Below are positions 29,024 to 38,771 of a stretch of DNA of 64,000 nt, piece after piece. A model generated the notes under the pieces. That model was not told the DNA's origin, did no database searches, and saw nothing but the letters and a program-made list of their open reading frames with translations. Origin of the DNA: Polyangiaceae bacterium (GTDB taxonomy: Bacteria > Myxococcota_A > Polyangia > Polyangiales > Polyangiaceae); contig JANRKO010000062.1 in the NCBI GenBank assembly GCA_033763455.1, positions 87,816 through 151,815 on the forward strand, read 5' to 3'. The position numbers and the translations under genes were made by a program. Within the stretch, counting starts at the first letter, position 1; each line of letters opens with the position of its first letter.

Positions 29024-29294
29024 TCGAAGGTCCTAACCGATAATTTCTCTGCAGCTCAATTCGTCGCGTGTTCAGGCTAAGAGGGGCGCGGCCGCCGTTC
29101 AACCATGCCCGTCGATGATGGTGCAAAGCTTGAGCCGATCCGCTGTTTTTGCCAAAATGTCCTGTATGCACAAAGTGGGTGTTGCTCTCGGCTCGGTGCT
29201 TGTCCCTGCTGCTCGTGAGACAGCCACGGCTCAAGTTGTGAACCGTGTTAGCTACGTGAAGCCGGGTGCCGGTTGCTCGTGAACGCGAGGTCGC

Positions 29295-30029
29295 TCAATC
29301 TCCCTTGTACTTGAGCCATTGCGCCCTCTCCTCAGCCGATAGATGTTCTGTGGCATAACGCAGTGCCGTTCGAGGCATTTTGTTCGCGTGCTTTTTCAAG
29401 AAGGCGCGCAAGTGCTGAACCCCCACGTTCTTGCCAGCCTCCCGCAACATCCAGCCAACCGCCTTATGAATGAGATCTTCTTTGTCGGAAAGGAGCAGCT
29501 CAGAGATAGCAAAGGTTTCTCGGTGCTGGCCGTGTCGCAGAAATTCAAAGGTGGCGATGATGGCAATGCGGCGTTCCCACAATGAGCGCGAACGCGCTAG
29601 TTTGAGCAGGAGCTTTCGGTCTTTGTTTAATAGCCAGTGGCCAAGAATGTGAGGCGCGCTCGAATCCACGAGGTCCCAATTGTTGATGCGTGAGGTGTTC
29701 GCGAGGTAAAGCTTGGCAATTTCGGCTTGCTGCTCGGCTGAGCCCCGTTCGAATTGATGAACGAGGATCAATAGCGCCGTGAGGCGTGCTTCGTGCAGTT
29801 TGGAATGCAGGAGCTTCAGCGTTTCCCGTGGAGGCAGCTCTGCGAATTTTCGTGCAACGCTGCGCTGGTTGGGCACGGTGACGCCCATGAATACGTCCCC
29901 TTCACCGTATTGGCCCTTGCCTGTCTTGAAGAACCACTGGGAATTAGCCGCGCGTTTCGGCTCCGCAAAGTGGCTCAGGTGTGAGAGCACGGTGGCAGCA
30001 TTGAGCTTTGCAGAAGCGGTTTTGGGCAC
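29295..30029 (-). CDS. DNA alkylation repair protein (AlkD-like HEAT repeat)
   Basis: FFKTGKGQYGEGDVFMGV, INNWDLVDSSAP, LWERRIAI, DLIHKAVGWMLRE, MPRTALRYA. Confidence 0.88.
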   Translation of the reverse strand: MPKTASAKLNAATVLSHLSHFAEPKRAANSQWFFKTGKGQYGEGDVFMGVTVPNQRSVARKFAELPPRETLKLLHSKLHEARLTALLILVHQFERGSAEQQAEIAKLYLANTSRINNWDLVDSSAPHILGHWLLNKDRKLLLKLARSRSLWERRIAIIATFEFLRHGQHRETFAISELLLSDKEDLIHKAVGWMLREAGKNVGVQHLRAFLKKHANKMPRTALRYATEHLSAEERAQWLKYKGD

Positions 30030-30297
30030 GTCGGAGTTCTTTTTTCGGTGGTTGGCCGTTGTGCACGAGCTGCTTTATGGAGCGCAGCGGCGAGCGTAGG
30101 CTAGGGCGGTCATGAGGCGTAGCCAAGGTGTGCTCGGCGGGTAGCTCGGCGCACGGCGCTAATTTTGCGCGCTCTTGCCGCGATGCGAACGTTTGCGCGG
30201 TGAGGCTCCGCGCCTTGCGTGGGCCGTAGATATTGTGTTCATGTGGAGGCCGGTTGAGAGCTGCCACGTGGTTTGCGGTTGTGTCGGTTGGTGGGGC

Positions 30298-30828
30298 ATG
30301 AGTCAGTGGCGAAAGAAGTGGGCCCTCGCGCTCGCTCTTGCCATTGGCATCGGCACCGGTATTGGGGCCTACACGTTTAGGTATGCGGAGGGGCTTTCCT
30401 ATTTCAGCAAAGATCCTAGAGCGTGCGCCAATTGCCACATCATGCAGCAGTCCTATTCATCGTGGCAGATGGCGGGGCACCACACCGTGGCCGCTTGCGC
30501 GGATTGCCACCTGCCGCATGAGACCATTGCCAAATACCTAGCGAAGGCAGACAACGGCTGGCGGCACTCCCGCGCTTTTACCACGGGGAACTTTCCGGAA
30601 CCGCTAGAGATGATACCTAGAAGTCGCGCGATTCTGGAGAAGACCTGCCAAGGCTGCCACGAGGGTTTGGTGCAGGGAATGCTCAGCCAGGGCAACGAGG
30701 CGCCTGCGTGTTTGCACTGCCATAGCGATGTTGGCCACGGGGAACGCCTTGGCCTTGGGGGGCCTTTTGGTTCGACCGCTCTTGAAGCGCGGCAAATGCC
30801 TGCGCACGGCGTGAAACGGAAACCATGA
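30298..30828 (+). CDS. nrfH: Cytochrome c nitrite reductase small subunit (tetraheme NapC/NirT family)
   Basis: N-terminal TM helix and four CxxCH motifs (CANCHIM, CADCH, CQGCH, CLHCH). Overlaps nrfA. Confidence 0.9.
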   Translation: MSQWRKKWALALALAIGIGTGIGAYTFRYAEGLSYFSKDPRACANCHIMQQSYSSWQMAGHHTVAACADCHLPHETIAKYLAKADNGWRHSRAFTTGNFPEPLEMIPRSRAILEKTCQGCHEGLVQGMLSQGNEAPACLHCHSDVGHGERLGLGGPFGSTALEARQMPAHGVKRKP

Positions 30829-32300
30829 CGACGGACAATAAAAGCCCAAGCTCAATCGCTCCAACCAGGCGCTGGTTGCTACCTTTGGCGACCCTTTCGG
30901 CAGCGGTTGTGGCTGCGCTCGTGACCGCCCTGCTCACCAATATTTTCGAGCACAAGGTGGAGCAGCAACAGGCTTGGGTCCGCGTGGTAAACGTCACGGA
31001 AAACGATACTGACCCGCTAAAGTGGGCTCCCAATTGGCCCGCCGAATACGACGGCTACAAACGCACGGCTTTGCCTACCAAGACTCGTTTTGGGGGGCAC
31101 GGTGGTAGCGAAGCCTTGCCAGAAGAAAAGCTCACGCGTGATCCTTGGCTCAAACGCATGTTTCTCGGCTACGCTTTCTCGCTGGATTATCGCGATCGGC
31201 GAGGCCATGCCTACATGCTGAGCGACCAAGAAGCTTCGCTTCGGCTAACCAAACCACAATCCGGCTCCTGCTTACACTGCCACGCGTCTATCATGCCGCT
31301 CTATCGCGAGCTTGGTAATGGCGACGCCATGCTGGGCTTGGAGAGGAGCTCTGCGTTCTCTTACGAGGAGTTAAATCAGAAGTTGCGCGCTTCGGGCCAC
31401 GCCCATCCGGTAAGCTGCGTTGATTGCCACGACCCGAAATCCATGTCGTTGCGGGTTACGCGGCCGGGCTTCTTGCGGGCAATTTCCGAGTTTGCGAATT
31501 CTGACGGCGAAGCTCAGGCCTTCCCTTCAATACAAGAGTGGCGCGTCGGAAAACGAGAAAAACCCTACGATCCGAACACCGACGCACGCCGTTCGGAAAT
31601 GCGCTCTTTTGTGTGCGGGCAGTGCCACGTTGAATATTACTGCGGCAAAAAAATGCCCCTCACATTCCCCTGGCAGAAAGGCTTAACCGCTGACGCCATC
31701 GAAGCGGTGTGGAACGAGACGACATTCAAAGACGGTACGCCGTTTTCTGATTTCGAGCACGCTGAGACGGGAGCCAAAGTGCTGAAAGCGCAGCACCCTG
31801 AGTTCGAGCTCTGGAGCCAAGGTATCCACGCACAAAGCGGAGTTTCCTGTGCCGATTGCCATATGCCCTACCAGCGCGAAGGCGCCACCAAAACGAGCGA
31901 CCACTGGGTGCGCAGCCCCCTGCTCAATGTGAACCGCGCCTGTCAAACTTGTCATCGCGCATCGGAGACGGAAATGCTTCGCCGTGTAGATGTGATCCAG
32001 CAGCGGACATATGAGCTTCTGCAACGCGGGGGTAGGGCAATGGTGGACCTTTTGGACGCGATCATGCTTGCGAAGAAGGCTGGCGTCCCTGAGGCGGAGC
32101 TTGCCCAAGCTCTGCTTCTTCAGCGCCAAGCCCAGTGGCGCCTCGATTACGTGGCTGCAGAAAATAGCATGGGTTTTCATGCCCCACAGGAGGCCGCGCG
32201 CCTGTTGGCGGTGGCAATCGATCAGGCTCGCCAGGGGCAACTCAGTGCGCTCTCAGCTCGGGCCGCTCACGAACTTACCGGCAAACCGGAGGTGCCGTAG
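30825..32300 (+). CDS. nrfA: Ammonia-forming pentaheme cytochrome c nitrite reductase, CxxCH heme-1 type
   Basis: RGHAY, five CxxCH (CLHCH, CVDCH, CGQCH, CADCH, CQTCH), [24 protein letters not shown]. Confidence 0.92.
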   Translation: MTTDNKSPSSIAPTRRWLLPLATLSAAVVAALVTALLTNIFEHKVEQQQAWVRVVNVTENDTDPLKWAPNWPAEYDGYKRTALPTKTRFGGHGGSEALPEEKLTRDPWLKRMFLGYAFSLDYRDRRGHAYMLSDQEASLRLTKPQSGSCLHCHASIMPLYRELGNGDAMLGLERSSAFSYEELNQKLRASGHAHPVSCVDCHDPKSMSLRVTRPGFLRAISEFANSDGEAQAFPSIQEWRVGKREKPYDPNTDARRSEMRSFVCGQCHVEYYCGKKMPLTFPWQKGLTADAIEAVWNETTFKDGTPFSDFEHAETGAKVLKAQHPEFELWSQGIHAQSGVSCADCHMPYQREGATKTSDHWVRSPLLNVNRACQTCHRASETEMLRRVDVIQQRTYELLQRGGRAMVDLLDAIMLAKKAGVPEAELAQALLLQRQAQWRLDYVAAENSMGFHAPQEAARLLAVAIDQARQGQLSALSARAAHELTGKPEVP

Positions 32301-32465
32301 ATGAAACTCGCTATGCATCCTCTGTTGAGGGTGCAGCTAGGGCCCGTACGGAAGTCGGGTTCGACGTATAAGAAGGTGCGATGCTGCGTGTCGCAGTTCA
32401 TCTAAAATCGCGAGGAATTTGTGGGTGTGTGAGAGTGCGAACTAACGCATCATCTGGTGGCGATC

Positions 32466-33716
32466 ATGGCAAAGTGGCAACCAGTGAGCATGAGAAACAG
32501 CTCCGCCCCGAGTGTTGTGATACTGATAAGTTTGTCAGGCTTTATGGTCGTGGCCTCTTGCAGCTCCGGGGGGCCGAACGTTCCTTATGCTCCGGACCTC
32601 AGTTCAGCGACGAGCGTCGGGGGGGCCGTTGCAGGTCTGCCGTTAGGTCCTGTGCAGAAGGTAACCGGGGGGGGTGCTGGCGTAAACACGGTTCCAACTT
32701 CCACGCTTGGAACGGGCGGTGCTCCGAGGCAACCTTCCAGCGGCGGTGCGCCAGCCGTGAACCCGAATACCTCACAGACTGGTGGGAAATCCCCGGGGAG
32801 CGGTGGAACGAACCAAAATGTTGGCTCTGGCGGAGCGTCGAGTACCTGCGTGGATACCCCGCCTCCCAACGGTGACACCTGCGCGCATGCGTTGGAATAC
32901 GGTTGGTGTGGCTTGCCATGGATGAATGGCGCGTGTGCTGCCTCCTGTGGCATCTGCACCGGAGGTGGTGACGCTGGTACGGGCGGCGCACCTACCACGG
33001 GCGGCTCCTCCAACTCCGGCAATCCGGAGCTGCCGCCTCCCATCGAAGGAGGTACGCCTGCGTGGGCCTCACGCTATTGGGATTGCTGTAAGCCTGCGTG
33101 TGGCTGGAGCGACAACGTTGCCAGCAAGACCGCGATGAAGAGTTGCAACTTCCAAAATCAGAGCATCGGTGCCACTAACGCGGCCAGTGCGTGTCAAGGC
33201 GGCGGGGCTTACATGTGCTGGGATGGCGTGCCTTGGGCCGCGAGCGACAAGTTGGCTTACGGTTATGCCGCCGCTTCGGGGAGCAACTACAGCTGCGGAC
33301 GCTGCTATCAGCTTCAGTTTACTGGAACGGGTAAACACGGAAACACCCCCGGCACCGCGTCTTTGAGCGGCAAGACCATGATCGTGCAGGTCGTGAACAA
33401 TGGCGGCGTGGCCGCGGATCAATTCGATATCTTGATCCCTGGGGGCGGCGTTGGAGACTTCAACGCCTGCTCGGCTCAGTGGGGCACCTCTGATTTGGGT
33501 GCCCAATACGGAGGCTTCCTGACCGCTTGCGGCGGACAGAGCTCATGCGTTGCCGCGAAGTGCCAGAGTGTCTTCGCCGGCAAACCCGAACTCCTGGCGG
33601 GTTGCCAGTGGTTCCTCGGATGGTATGGGGCGGCCGACAATCCCAACCTCGTGTACAAGCAGGTCGCGTGCCCGAGCGCTATACTACAGAGATCTGGATT
33701 GCCGGACCCTGGCTGA
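32466..33716 (+). CDS. GH45 endoglucanase with Gly/Ser/Thr linker and small six-Cys domain, probably a lipoprotein
   Basis: SRYWDCCKPACGW and QFDILIPGGGVG (both catalytic Asp), CGRCYQLQF, GKTMIVQ, GCQWF..W..ADNP. VASC lipobox-like. Start uncertain. Confidence 0.9.
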   Translation: MAKWQPVSMRNSSAPSVVILISLSGFMVVASCSSGGPNVPYAPDLSSATSVGGAVAGLPLGPVQKVTGGGAGVNTVPTSTLGTGGAPRQPSSGGAPAVNPNTSQTGGKSPGSGGTNQNVGSGGASSTCVDTPPPNGDTCAHALEYGWCGLPWMNGACAASCGICTGGGDAGTGGAPTTGGSSNSGNPELPPPIEGGTPAWASRYWDCCKPACGWSDNVASKTAMKSCNFQNQSIGATNAASACQGGGAYMCWDGVPWAASDKLAYGYAAASGSNYSCGRCYQLQFTGTGKHGNTPGTASLSGKTMIVQVVNNGGVAADQFDILIPGGGVGDFNACSAQWGTSDLGAQYGGFLTACGGQSSCVAAKCQSVFAGKPELLAGCQWFLGWYGAADNPNLVYKQVACPSAILQRSGLPDPG

Positions 33717-33741
33717 GGCGTTTGAGTGCGGGGGACCGCTC

Positions 33742-33921
33742 TTATTGGAAAATGGAGGGCTGCGGCTCTGGCGCAGGTGCCGGAGCGGGCTCTTCGCCTT
33801 TCTTCTTTTTCTTGCCGCCGTCGCAAAGGGTATCCGCGACTGGGGAAGGGGTTGCGGCTTGAGCCAAACCGGAGATCGAAAGCATAAGGGCGCTGAGGCC
33901 GAGGACAGAGAGTTTCTTCAT
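33742..33921 (-). CDS. Unannotated 59-aa secreted peptide with a Lys5 tract
   Basis: Manual translation: MKKLSVLGLSALMLSISGLAQA|ATPSPVADTLCDGGKKKKKGEEPAPAPAPEPQPSIFQ. Textbook Sec signal (AQA). TTGACA on the minus strand at 33955-33960. Falls below the 60-aa cutoff of the ORF track. Confidence 0.7.
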   Translation of the reverse strand: MKKLSVLGLSALMLSISGLAQAATPSPVADTLCDGGKKKKKGEEPAPAPAPEPQPSIFQ

Positions 33922-34135
33922 GGTGGTCTAATGTGTGGGGTGGGAAGGGGAGGGTGTCAAGGGGGCCCGTCGCGCCTGTGGACGGCTGGCTTTAGTTCGT
34001 GCCGAGGTTTGTGGCCACGGCTTCGATAGGCCTGGGTCGAAAGGCCGACTGTCTGCGGGAGGCGTTCTGAAGGTGCCACCGTCACCGGTTAGCTAGCTGT
34101 GCTGGCCCGAGTGCTGATCTATCGTTGCCGGTCGA

Positions 34136-36040
34136 ATGAGCAGCCCCTCAGTCGCAGTACGAGGTCGAGGCCGCCGGCGTTCCAAGGCGCTCGGGCCTGT
34201 GCAAGATTACGCAGCACACGTTGAGCCAGATTGGTGGCGCCACGTCTTTGGTGCTTTGTACCTCAAGACGGATGGAGATGTTGTCGACGACGCCGCAATC
34301 ACGCGTCGCGAAGTGGATGCGTTGCTTGGTATCGTCGACCTTTCACCGACAGATCGAGTGCTTGATCTATGTTGTGGGCAAGGGCGCCACACACTTGAGT
34401 TAGCGCGTCGTGGGTTCGTTGGAGTGGAGGGCGTTGATCAATCGCGTTACCTCTTACGCCGAGCTCGCGAAACGGCCCGCAGTGAGGGGCTAGTGGTGCG
34501 CTTTCGTGAGGGTGATGCGCGAGAGGTGGGGAGCCTGCCCGGGGGACTCGATGCCGTGCTCATTATGGGCAACAGCTTCGGCTACTTCGATGCGGCTGAG
34601 GACGATTTGCGTGTGCTTGGCGGGGTGCGCAGCATCTTGAAGCCTGGCGGGAAGCTTTTCCTTGATATTACCGACGGAGAGTGGCTGCGCGAGGCATTTG
34701 AGCCGCGATCGTGGGAGTGGATCGACGCGAGCATGTTTGTATGCCGGGAGCGTTGGCTGTCGCCCGACGGTCGCATGGTATCGCGCGAGGTGATCACCGA
34801 TACCGGCAAAGGCGTCATCAAGGATCAATTTTACGCGGAGCGCCTGTACACGAGAGCAGAGCTAGCAGCGCTCCTGGCGCAGGCCGGTTTCGTCGATTTT
34901 ACGGTCCATCAAGAATTCGCGGGCAGCTCGGAGCGCAACCAAGATCTCGGGATGATGGCGCACCGCTTGTTCATTACGGCGATTGCAGGTGAGGTGCAGG
35001 CTCCGCGGCAAGCAGTTCCGCGTGAGCTTGTGGTGGTGCTCGGAGATCCGGGAAAGCCTGATCCTGTCAAGCCCGATGGTGCCTTCGGCGGGGACGATCT
35101 GGATGCCATCGGACGCATGAAGGCCGCTCTTGAGCGGCCCGGCCGGCGGGTGCGCTACCTCTCCAACCACGACGCTCTCCTCGATCAGCTGAAGCAACTC
35201 GCTGGTGGCTCTGCGTTAGTGGTCAACCTGTGCGACGAAGGCTATCGAAACCTACCGTTTTGCGAGCTCCACGTGCCGGCTTTGCTGGAAGCACTCGATC
35301 TTCGCTACACGGGCGCCGGCCCCCAGTGTTTGGCCCGGTGTTTCGACAAAGGGCTCGTGCGTGGCCTCGCGCGCGACCTTGGCATTCCGGTAGCCTCCGC
35401 AACGCTAATCGGCCAAAGTGATCCCATCCCAGCCTTCACCACCCCGGTGATCGTAAAGCCCAATCACGGCGACGGCAGCTTCGCGATCGATGAGAAATCA
35501 GTGGCGTTCAATGCCCAAGAGCTTGCTGCTGCAGTCGCCAACGTTCGCCGCCTTGCCGGGGCTAACGCGTTGATACTCGTTGAGGAGCTGCTCACCGGGG
35601 CCGAGCTCGGAGTTGGAATTTTGGGCAATCCCCCAGGGCCCCACCAGGTGTTGCCCATCATTCAAGAGGATTATTCGAGCTTGCCACCCGGGTTGCCCCA
35701 GATTTGCGGGTATCCCTCCAAGTGGGACCCTTCCTCGCCGTATTGGAACCTGCGTTCGATCCCGGCGGTGCTTCCCGAAGAAACAGCGCGCTTGATCACT
35801 GACTTTAGTGTGCGGCTTTTTGAGCGCCTGGAGTGTCGCGACTACGCGCGCTTCGACTGGCGGCTCGATACAAATGGGCGTCCGCATCTTCTAGAGGTGA
35901 ATCCGAATCCGGGCTGGTGCTGGGATGGGCACCTGGCCAAGATGGCGGCCCTTGCGGGGATGTCGTACCCCGAGCTGCTCGACGCGGTACTTCAGGCCGC
36001 CGAAGAGCGCCTGAAGGTCGAAGTTCGCGGTGCTGCGTGA
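34136..36040 (+). CDS. Class I SAM methyltransferase fused to a D-Ala-D-Ala-ligase-like ATP-grasp domain
   Basis: VLDLCCGQGRH, MGNSFGYF and LKPGG (MTase). Then YTGAGP..L...DK, IVKPNHGDGSFAI, VEELLTGAE, DYARFDWR, LEVNPNPG (ATP-grasp). Confidence 0.88.
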   Translation: MSSPSVAVRGRGRRRSKALGPVQDYAAHVEPDWWRHVFGALYLKTDGDVVDDAAITRREVDALLGIVDLSPTDRVLDLCCGQGRHTLELARRGFVGVEGVDQSRYLLRRARETARSEGLVVRFREGDAREVGSLPGGLDAVLIMGNSFGYFDAAEDDLRVLGGVRSILKPGGKLFLDITDGEWLREAFEPRSWEWIDASMFVCRERWLSPDGRMVSREVITDTGKGVIKDQFYAERLYTRAELAALLAQAGFVDFTVHQEFAGSSERNQDLGMMAHRLFITAIAGEVQAPRQAVPRELVVVLGDPGKPDPVKPDGAFGGDDLDAIGRMKAALERPGRRVRYLSNHDALLDQLKQLAGGSALVVNLCDEGYRNLPFCELHVPALLEALDLRYTGAGPQCLARCFDKGLVRGLARDLGIPVASATLIGQSDPIPAFTTPVIVKPNHGDGSFAIDEKSVAFNAQELAAAVANVRRLAGANALILVEELLTGAELGVGILGNPPGPHQVLPIIQEDYSSLPPGLPQICGYPSKWDPSSPYWNLRSIPAVLPEETARLITDFSVRLFERLECRDYARFDWRLDTNGRPHLLEVNPNPGWCWDGHLAKMAALAGMSYPELLDAVLQAAEERLKVEVRGAA

Positions 36041-36411
36041 TCGCTATTGGCCGAGGGATCCATGGGCGCGGGGTGTTTGCGCAACGCCCGTTTGTAGCCG
36101 GTGAACTGATCGAACGCGCCCCGGTGCTCGTGATTCCGGCAGCCGAGATCGAGTGGCTGGATCGCACGATGCTCTACGATTATTACTTCGCTTGGGGCCA
36201 AGATCCGGAAAACGCGGCGATAGCTATGGGCTTAGGCTCGTTCTACAACCACGCGGTGCAGCCCAATGCCGAACACGTTTGCCACATCAGTGAGCTTTCA
36301 ATCGACTTTATCGCACTTGTGGATATCGCCGCTGGCGAGGAGATCACCATTCACTACAACGCGTCGCCGGGCGATGCCTCGCCGGTATGGTTCGAGGTAC
36401 CCCGTCCATGA
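36037..36411 (+). CDS. SET-domain protein (lysine methyltransferase fold)
   Basis: HGRGVFA, GELIE, SFYNHAVQPNA (NHxxxPN), DIAAGEEITIHY. GTGA overlap. Confidence 0.88.
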   Translation: MIAIGRGIHGRGVFAQRPFVAGELIERAPVLVIPAAEIEWLDRTMLYDYYFAWGQDPENAAIAMGLGSFYNHAVQPNAEHVCHISELSIDFIALVDIAAGEEITIHYNASPGDASPVWFEVPRP

Positions 36412-37400
36412 GGCTCACCGTTCTGCTTGGTGACAGGGAACGCGCAGCAGCTGTGGTGCCGGGAATGTCGCTCGGCGAGGTCGACAGAGTGAGCTTTGAG
36501 GCACTCGATGCCGCTTTGGCTGATTTGCCCTACGCTGTTACCACGATCGCTAGCCACGCACATTTGATTGACGATCTGCGCGCGCTTGTGGGTCATACTG
36601 ATTTGGTCCTCAACCTTTGCGATGAGGGCTACCGCAACGATCTTCGGCTGGAGCTCCACGTGCCCGCGCTCTTAGAAATGTTGGAGCTGCCGTACACCGG
36701 GGGCGCACCGCGTTGCCTTGCGTATTGCTACGACAAATCGCTCGTACGCGGCATTGCCCAGGAGTTAGGCGTTCCGGTCGCCCGAGGCGTGCTTCATGCT
36801 CCCGGCGCGCCCATCGGTGAGCCTTCCTTCGGTTTCCCGGCCATCGTGAAACCAAACTTTGGGGACGGCAGCTTCGGCATCACCACTCGCAGTGTGGCCC
36901 GCGACGCCGCGGAATTCACGCGCGCGATTCTGGAGCTGCGGGAGCTCTATCGCGGCGCGATCCTTGTGGAGGAATACCTGCCCGGGCAGGATGTGGATGT
37001 CGGTGCTGTGGGCAACACGGGGGCTTGGACGATCTTCCCGCTCTCTACCGTCGACTATTCAAACGTTGCTCCCGGGGTTCCCCACATTGCGAGTCACGAA
37101 TTCAAGTGGGAAGAGGTGTCGCCGTACGAAACGACGACGATTGGACCGGCCACGCTACCCGCTGAGGTTGAGGCCGGGATCTCGGCCTGGTCGATTCAAT
37201 TGCTCGATCGTCTTGAATGTCGCGATTACGCGCGCGTCGATTGGCGGCTCGCCGCCGACGGTTCACCGCGGCTCCTCGAAGTCAATCCCAACACCGGTTG
37301 GGGAGCGGCGGGCCGCCTGGCAGACATGGCGGCCCTCGCGGGGCTTTCGTATAGAGACCTGCTTCGCACGATTATCGAAGCAGCACTCGCGCGGGGTTGA
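36408..37400 (+). CDS. Stand-alone D-Ala-D-Ala-ligase-like ATP-grasp enzyme, paralogue of the upstream C-terminal domain
   Basis: LNLCDEGYRN..LELHVPALLE, IVKPNFGDGSFGI, VEEYLPG, DYARVDWR, LEVNPNTG. ATGA overlap. Confidence 0.88.
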   Translation: MRLTVLLGDRERAAAVVPGMSLGEVDRVSFEALDAALADLPYAVTTIASHAHLIDDLRALVGHTDLVLNLCDEGYRNDLRLELHVPALLEMLELPYTGGAPRCLAYCYDKSLVRGIAQELGVPVARGVLHAPGAPIGEPSFGFPAIVKPNFGDGSFGITTRSVARDAAEFTRAILELRELYRGAILVEEYLPGQDVDVGAVGNTGAWTIFPLSTVDYSNVAPGVPHIASHEFKWEEVSPYETTTIGPATLPAEVEAGISAWSIQLLDRLECRDYARVDWRLAADGSPRLLEVNPNTGWGAAGRLADMAALAGLSYRDLLRTIIEAALARG

Positions 37401-37454
37401 AGCGGCGCACACGGCCAATTGGGTGCCCAAGTGGTAATTCAGGCTGTAAACAGC

Positions 37455-38771
37455 CTACTTGGCAACCTTTTTCACGGAGTGTTCGCCCTGCGACGTGTAA
37501 TAAACAGCGCTCGCATCGAGCGCGATGCCGGCGAGATCTACCTCGCCGGTCGCAAGCGCAACGGGAAGTGAGGCGCCCTTCTGTAGAGCCATTACCTTGC
37601 CGGAACGGTTGACCCAGTAAATACCCGATGCGTCGACAGCGAGATCTGCGGGCTCGGATGGGTCGATAGCTAGAAGTTGCGGAGTGCCGCCTGCAAGCGG
37701 AACCGTGGATACTTCGCCTGTGGCCGAATCCACCCAGTAGAGCGAATTGTTGAATAAACGGAGACCGACGGGTCGAACCAAGCCACCCACCAAAATGCTG
37801 GAGGAGCCCGGTGCCGAGACTTTGTAAATGCCCTTTGCGGCACTGAAATAGACGACACCATCTTTTGCGATGACGTCGAGTGGGCGATCGATTTTCTCAG
37901 CGAGCTTCTGCTGGCTTGTTCCGTCGAGTTTCACGGACATCACGGCGCCTTCAAGTGCACCGCTTGCACCCTCGGCGGCCCAGTAAATCGTGCCGCCTTC
38001 GACAGCGATACCTCGGGCACCATCGACGCCACCACTGATATACCGCGCAGACGTGAGGAGTGCCTTATCCCTCACCCAAGCCCCCTTGGTACCGCCGTCG
38101 TTGCAGGTCCAATAGATGCTGGTGTCGTCCGCCGTGATGCCCCATGTGTTGCCGGGGTAGCCGGCCACTTCCATTGGCATCGCACCCCCGGGCGCAGCTA
38201 GCTGGCGGACTGCGGGCGTTTGGTAGGCTCCGTTGGAGGTCCAATACACGAGGCCACCTGTGACCATTAGGTGCTTGGGCTGGTCCTGGCCGGCAGCGAG
38301 CAAGATAGAGCCGCACGCGCCAGAATTGCACGAGGCGCCCAAGCAATCGCGGCCGCAGGCTCCACAGTTCTTCGCATCGACCTGCAAATCTATCTCGCAA
38401 CCGTCACTTCCGGTCTGGTTACAGTCTGCAAACGAGCCCCTGCATTGGATCCCGCACTCTCCCGCTTCGCAGACGGGAAAGCTCGCCGGGCCCGAGCCGC
38501 ACACTTTTGCGGTGCTGCCACAGGCGCGCGGATCGCCGAAACGGCTGGGGGTACTCATGAACCCTGCCGTGCCGGCCTGTGCGTTGCCGTGAAGCTTCGC
38601 CCCACCAAAAGAACCCGCACCTCCGCTGCCAGCCCCTGAACCGATGCCCGTGCCCGCGGCGGCACCCGCACCCATACTTTCAACCGCGGCCGTGGGTGCA
38701 CAGCTTGCTGCTCCTGTCGCCGCACACAGAACTACGCTCAGAAAACGTGATGGCACGCTTAGGCCCTCCAT
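37455..38771 (-). CDS. Secreted beta-propeller protein with myxobacterial Cys-rich repeat
   Basis: Gly-rich linker, then FADCNQ..DGCEIDL..DAKNCGACGRDC, then repeated IAVD...IYW blades. Start may be GTG 38756. Confidence 0.75.
   Translation of the reverse strand: MEGLSVPSRFLSVVLCAATGAASCAPTAAVESMGAGAAAGTGIGSGAGSGGAGSFGGAKLHGNAQAGTAGFMSTPSRFGDPRACGSTAKVCGSGPASFPVCEAGECGIQCRGSFADCNQTGSDGCEIDLQVDAKNCGACGRDCLGASCNSGACGSILLAAGQDQPKHLMVTGGLVYWTSNGAYQTPAVRQLAAPGGAMPMEVAGYPGNTWGITADDTSIYWTCNDGGTKGAWVRDKALLTSARYISGGVDGARGIAVEGGTIYWAAEGASGALEGAVMSVKLDGTSQQKLAEKIDRPLDVIAKDGVVYFSAAKGIYKVSAPGSSSILVGGLVRPVGLRLFNNSLYWVDSATGEVSTVPLAGGTPQLLAIDPSEPADLAVDASGIYWVNRSGKVMALQKGASLPVALATGEVDLAGIALDASAVYYTSQGEHSVKKVAK

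Noticed and set aside
29024..29294. Possible Mg2+-responsive leader upstream of corA (inverted repeat CTTGAGCCG...CGGCTCAAG)
   Set aside because: Only a 9-bp inverted repeat about 90 bp apart, with no recognisable riboswitch consensus. An Rfam scan would be needed.
33961..34135. Possible SAM or c-di-GMP riboswitch before the methyltransferase operon (GGTCGAAAGGCC hairpin, AAGGTGCC)
   Set aside because: The core conserved elements of these riboswitch classes are not present, and short hairpins are expected at this GC content.
34136..37400. Housekeeping ddl or vancomycin-resistance ligases
   Set aside because: No mur/fts or van genes nearby, the canonical Ddl N-terminal GGxSxEHxVS motif is absent, and one copy is fused to a methyltransferase.
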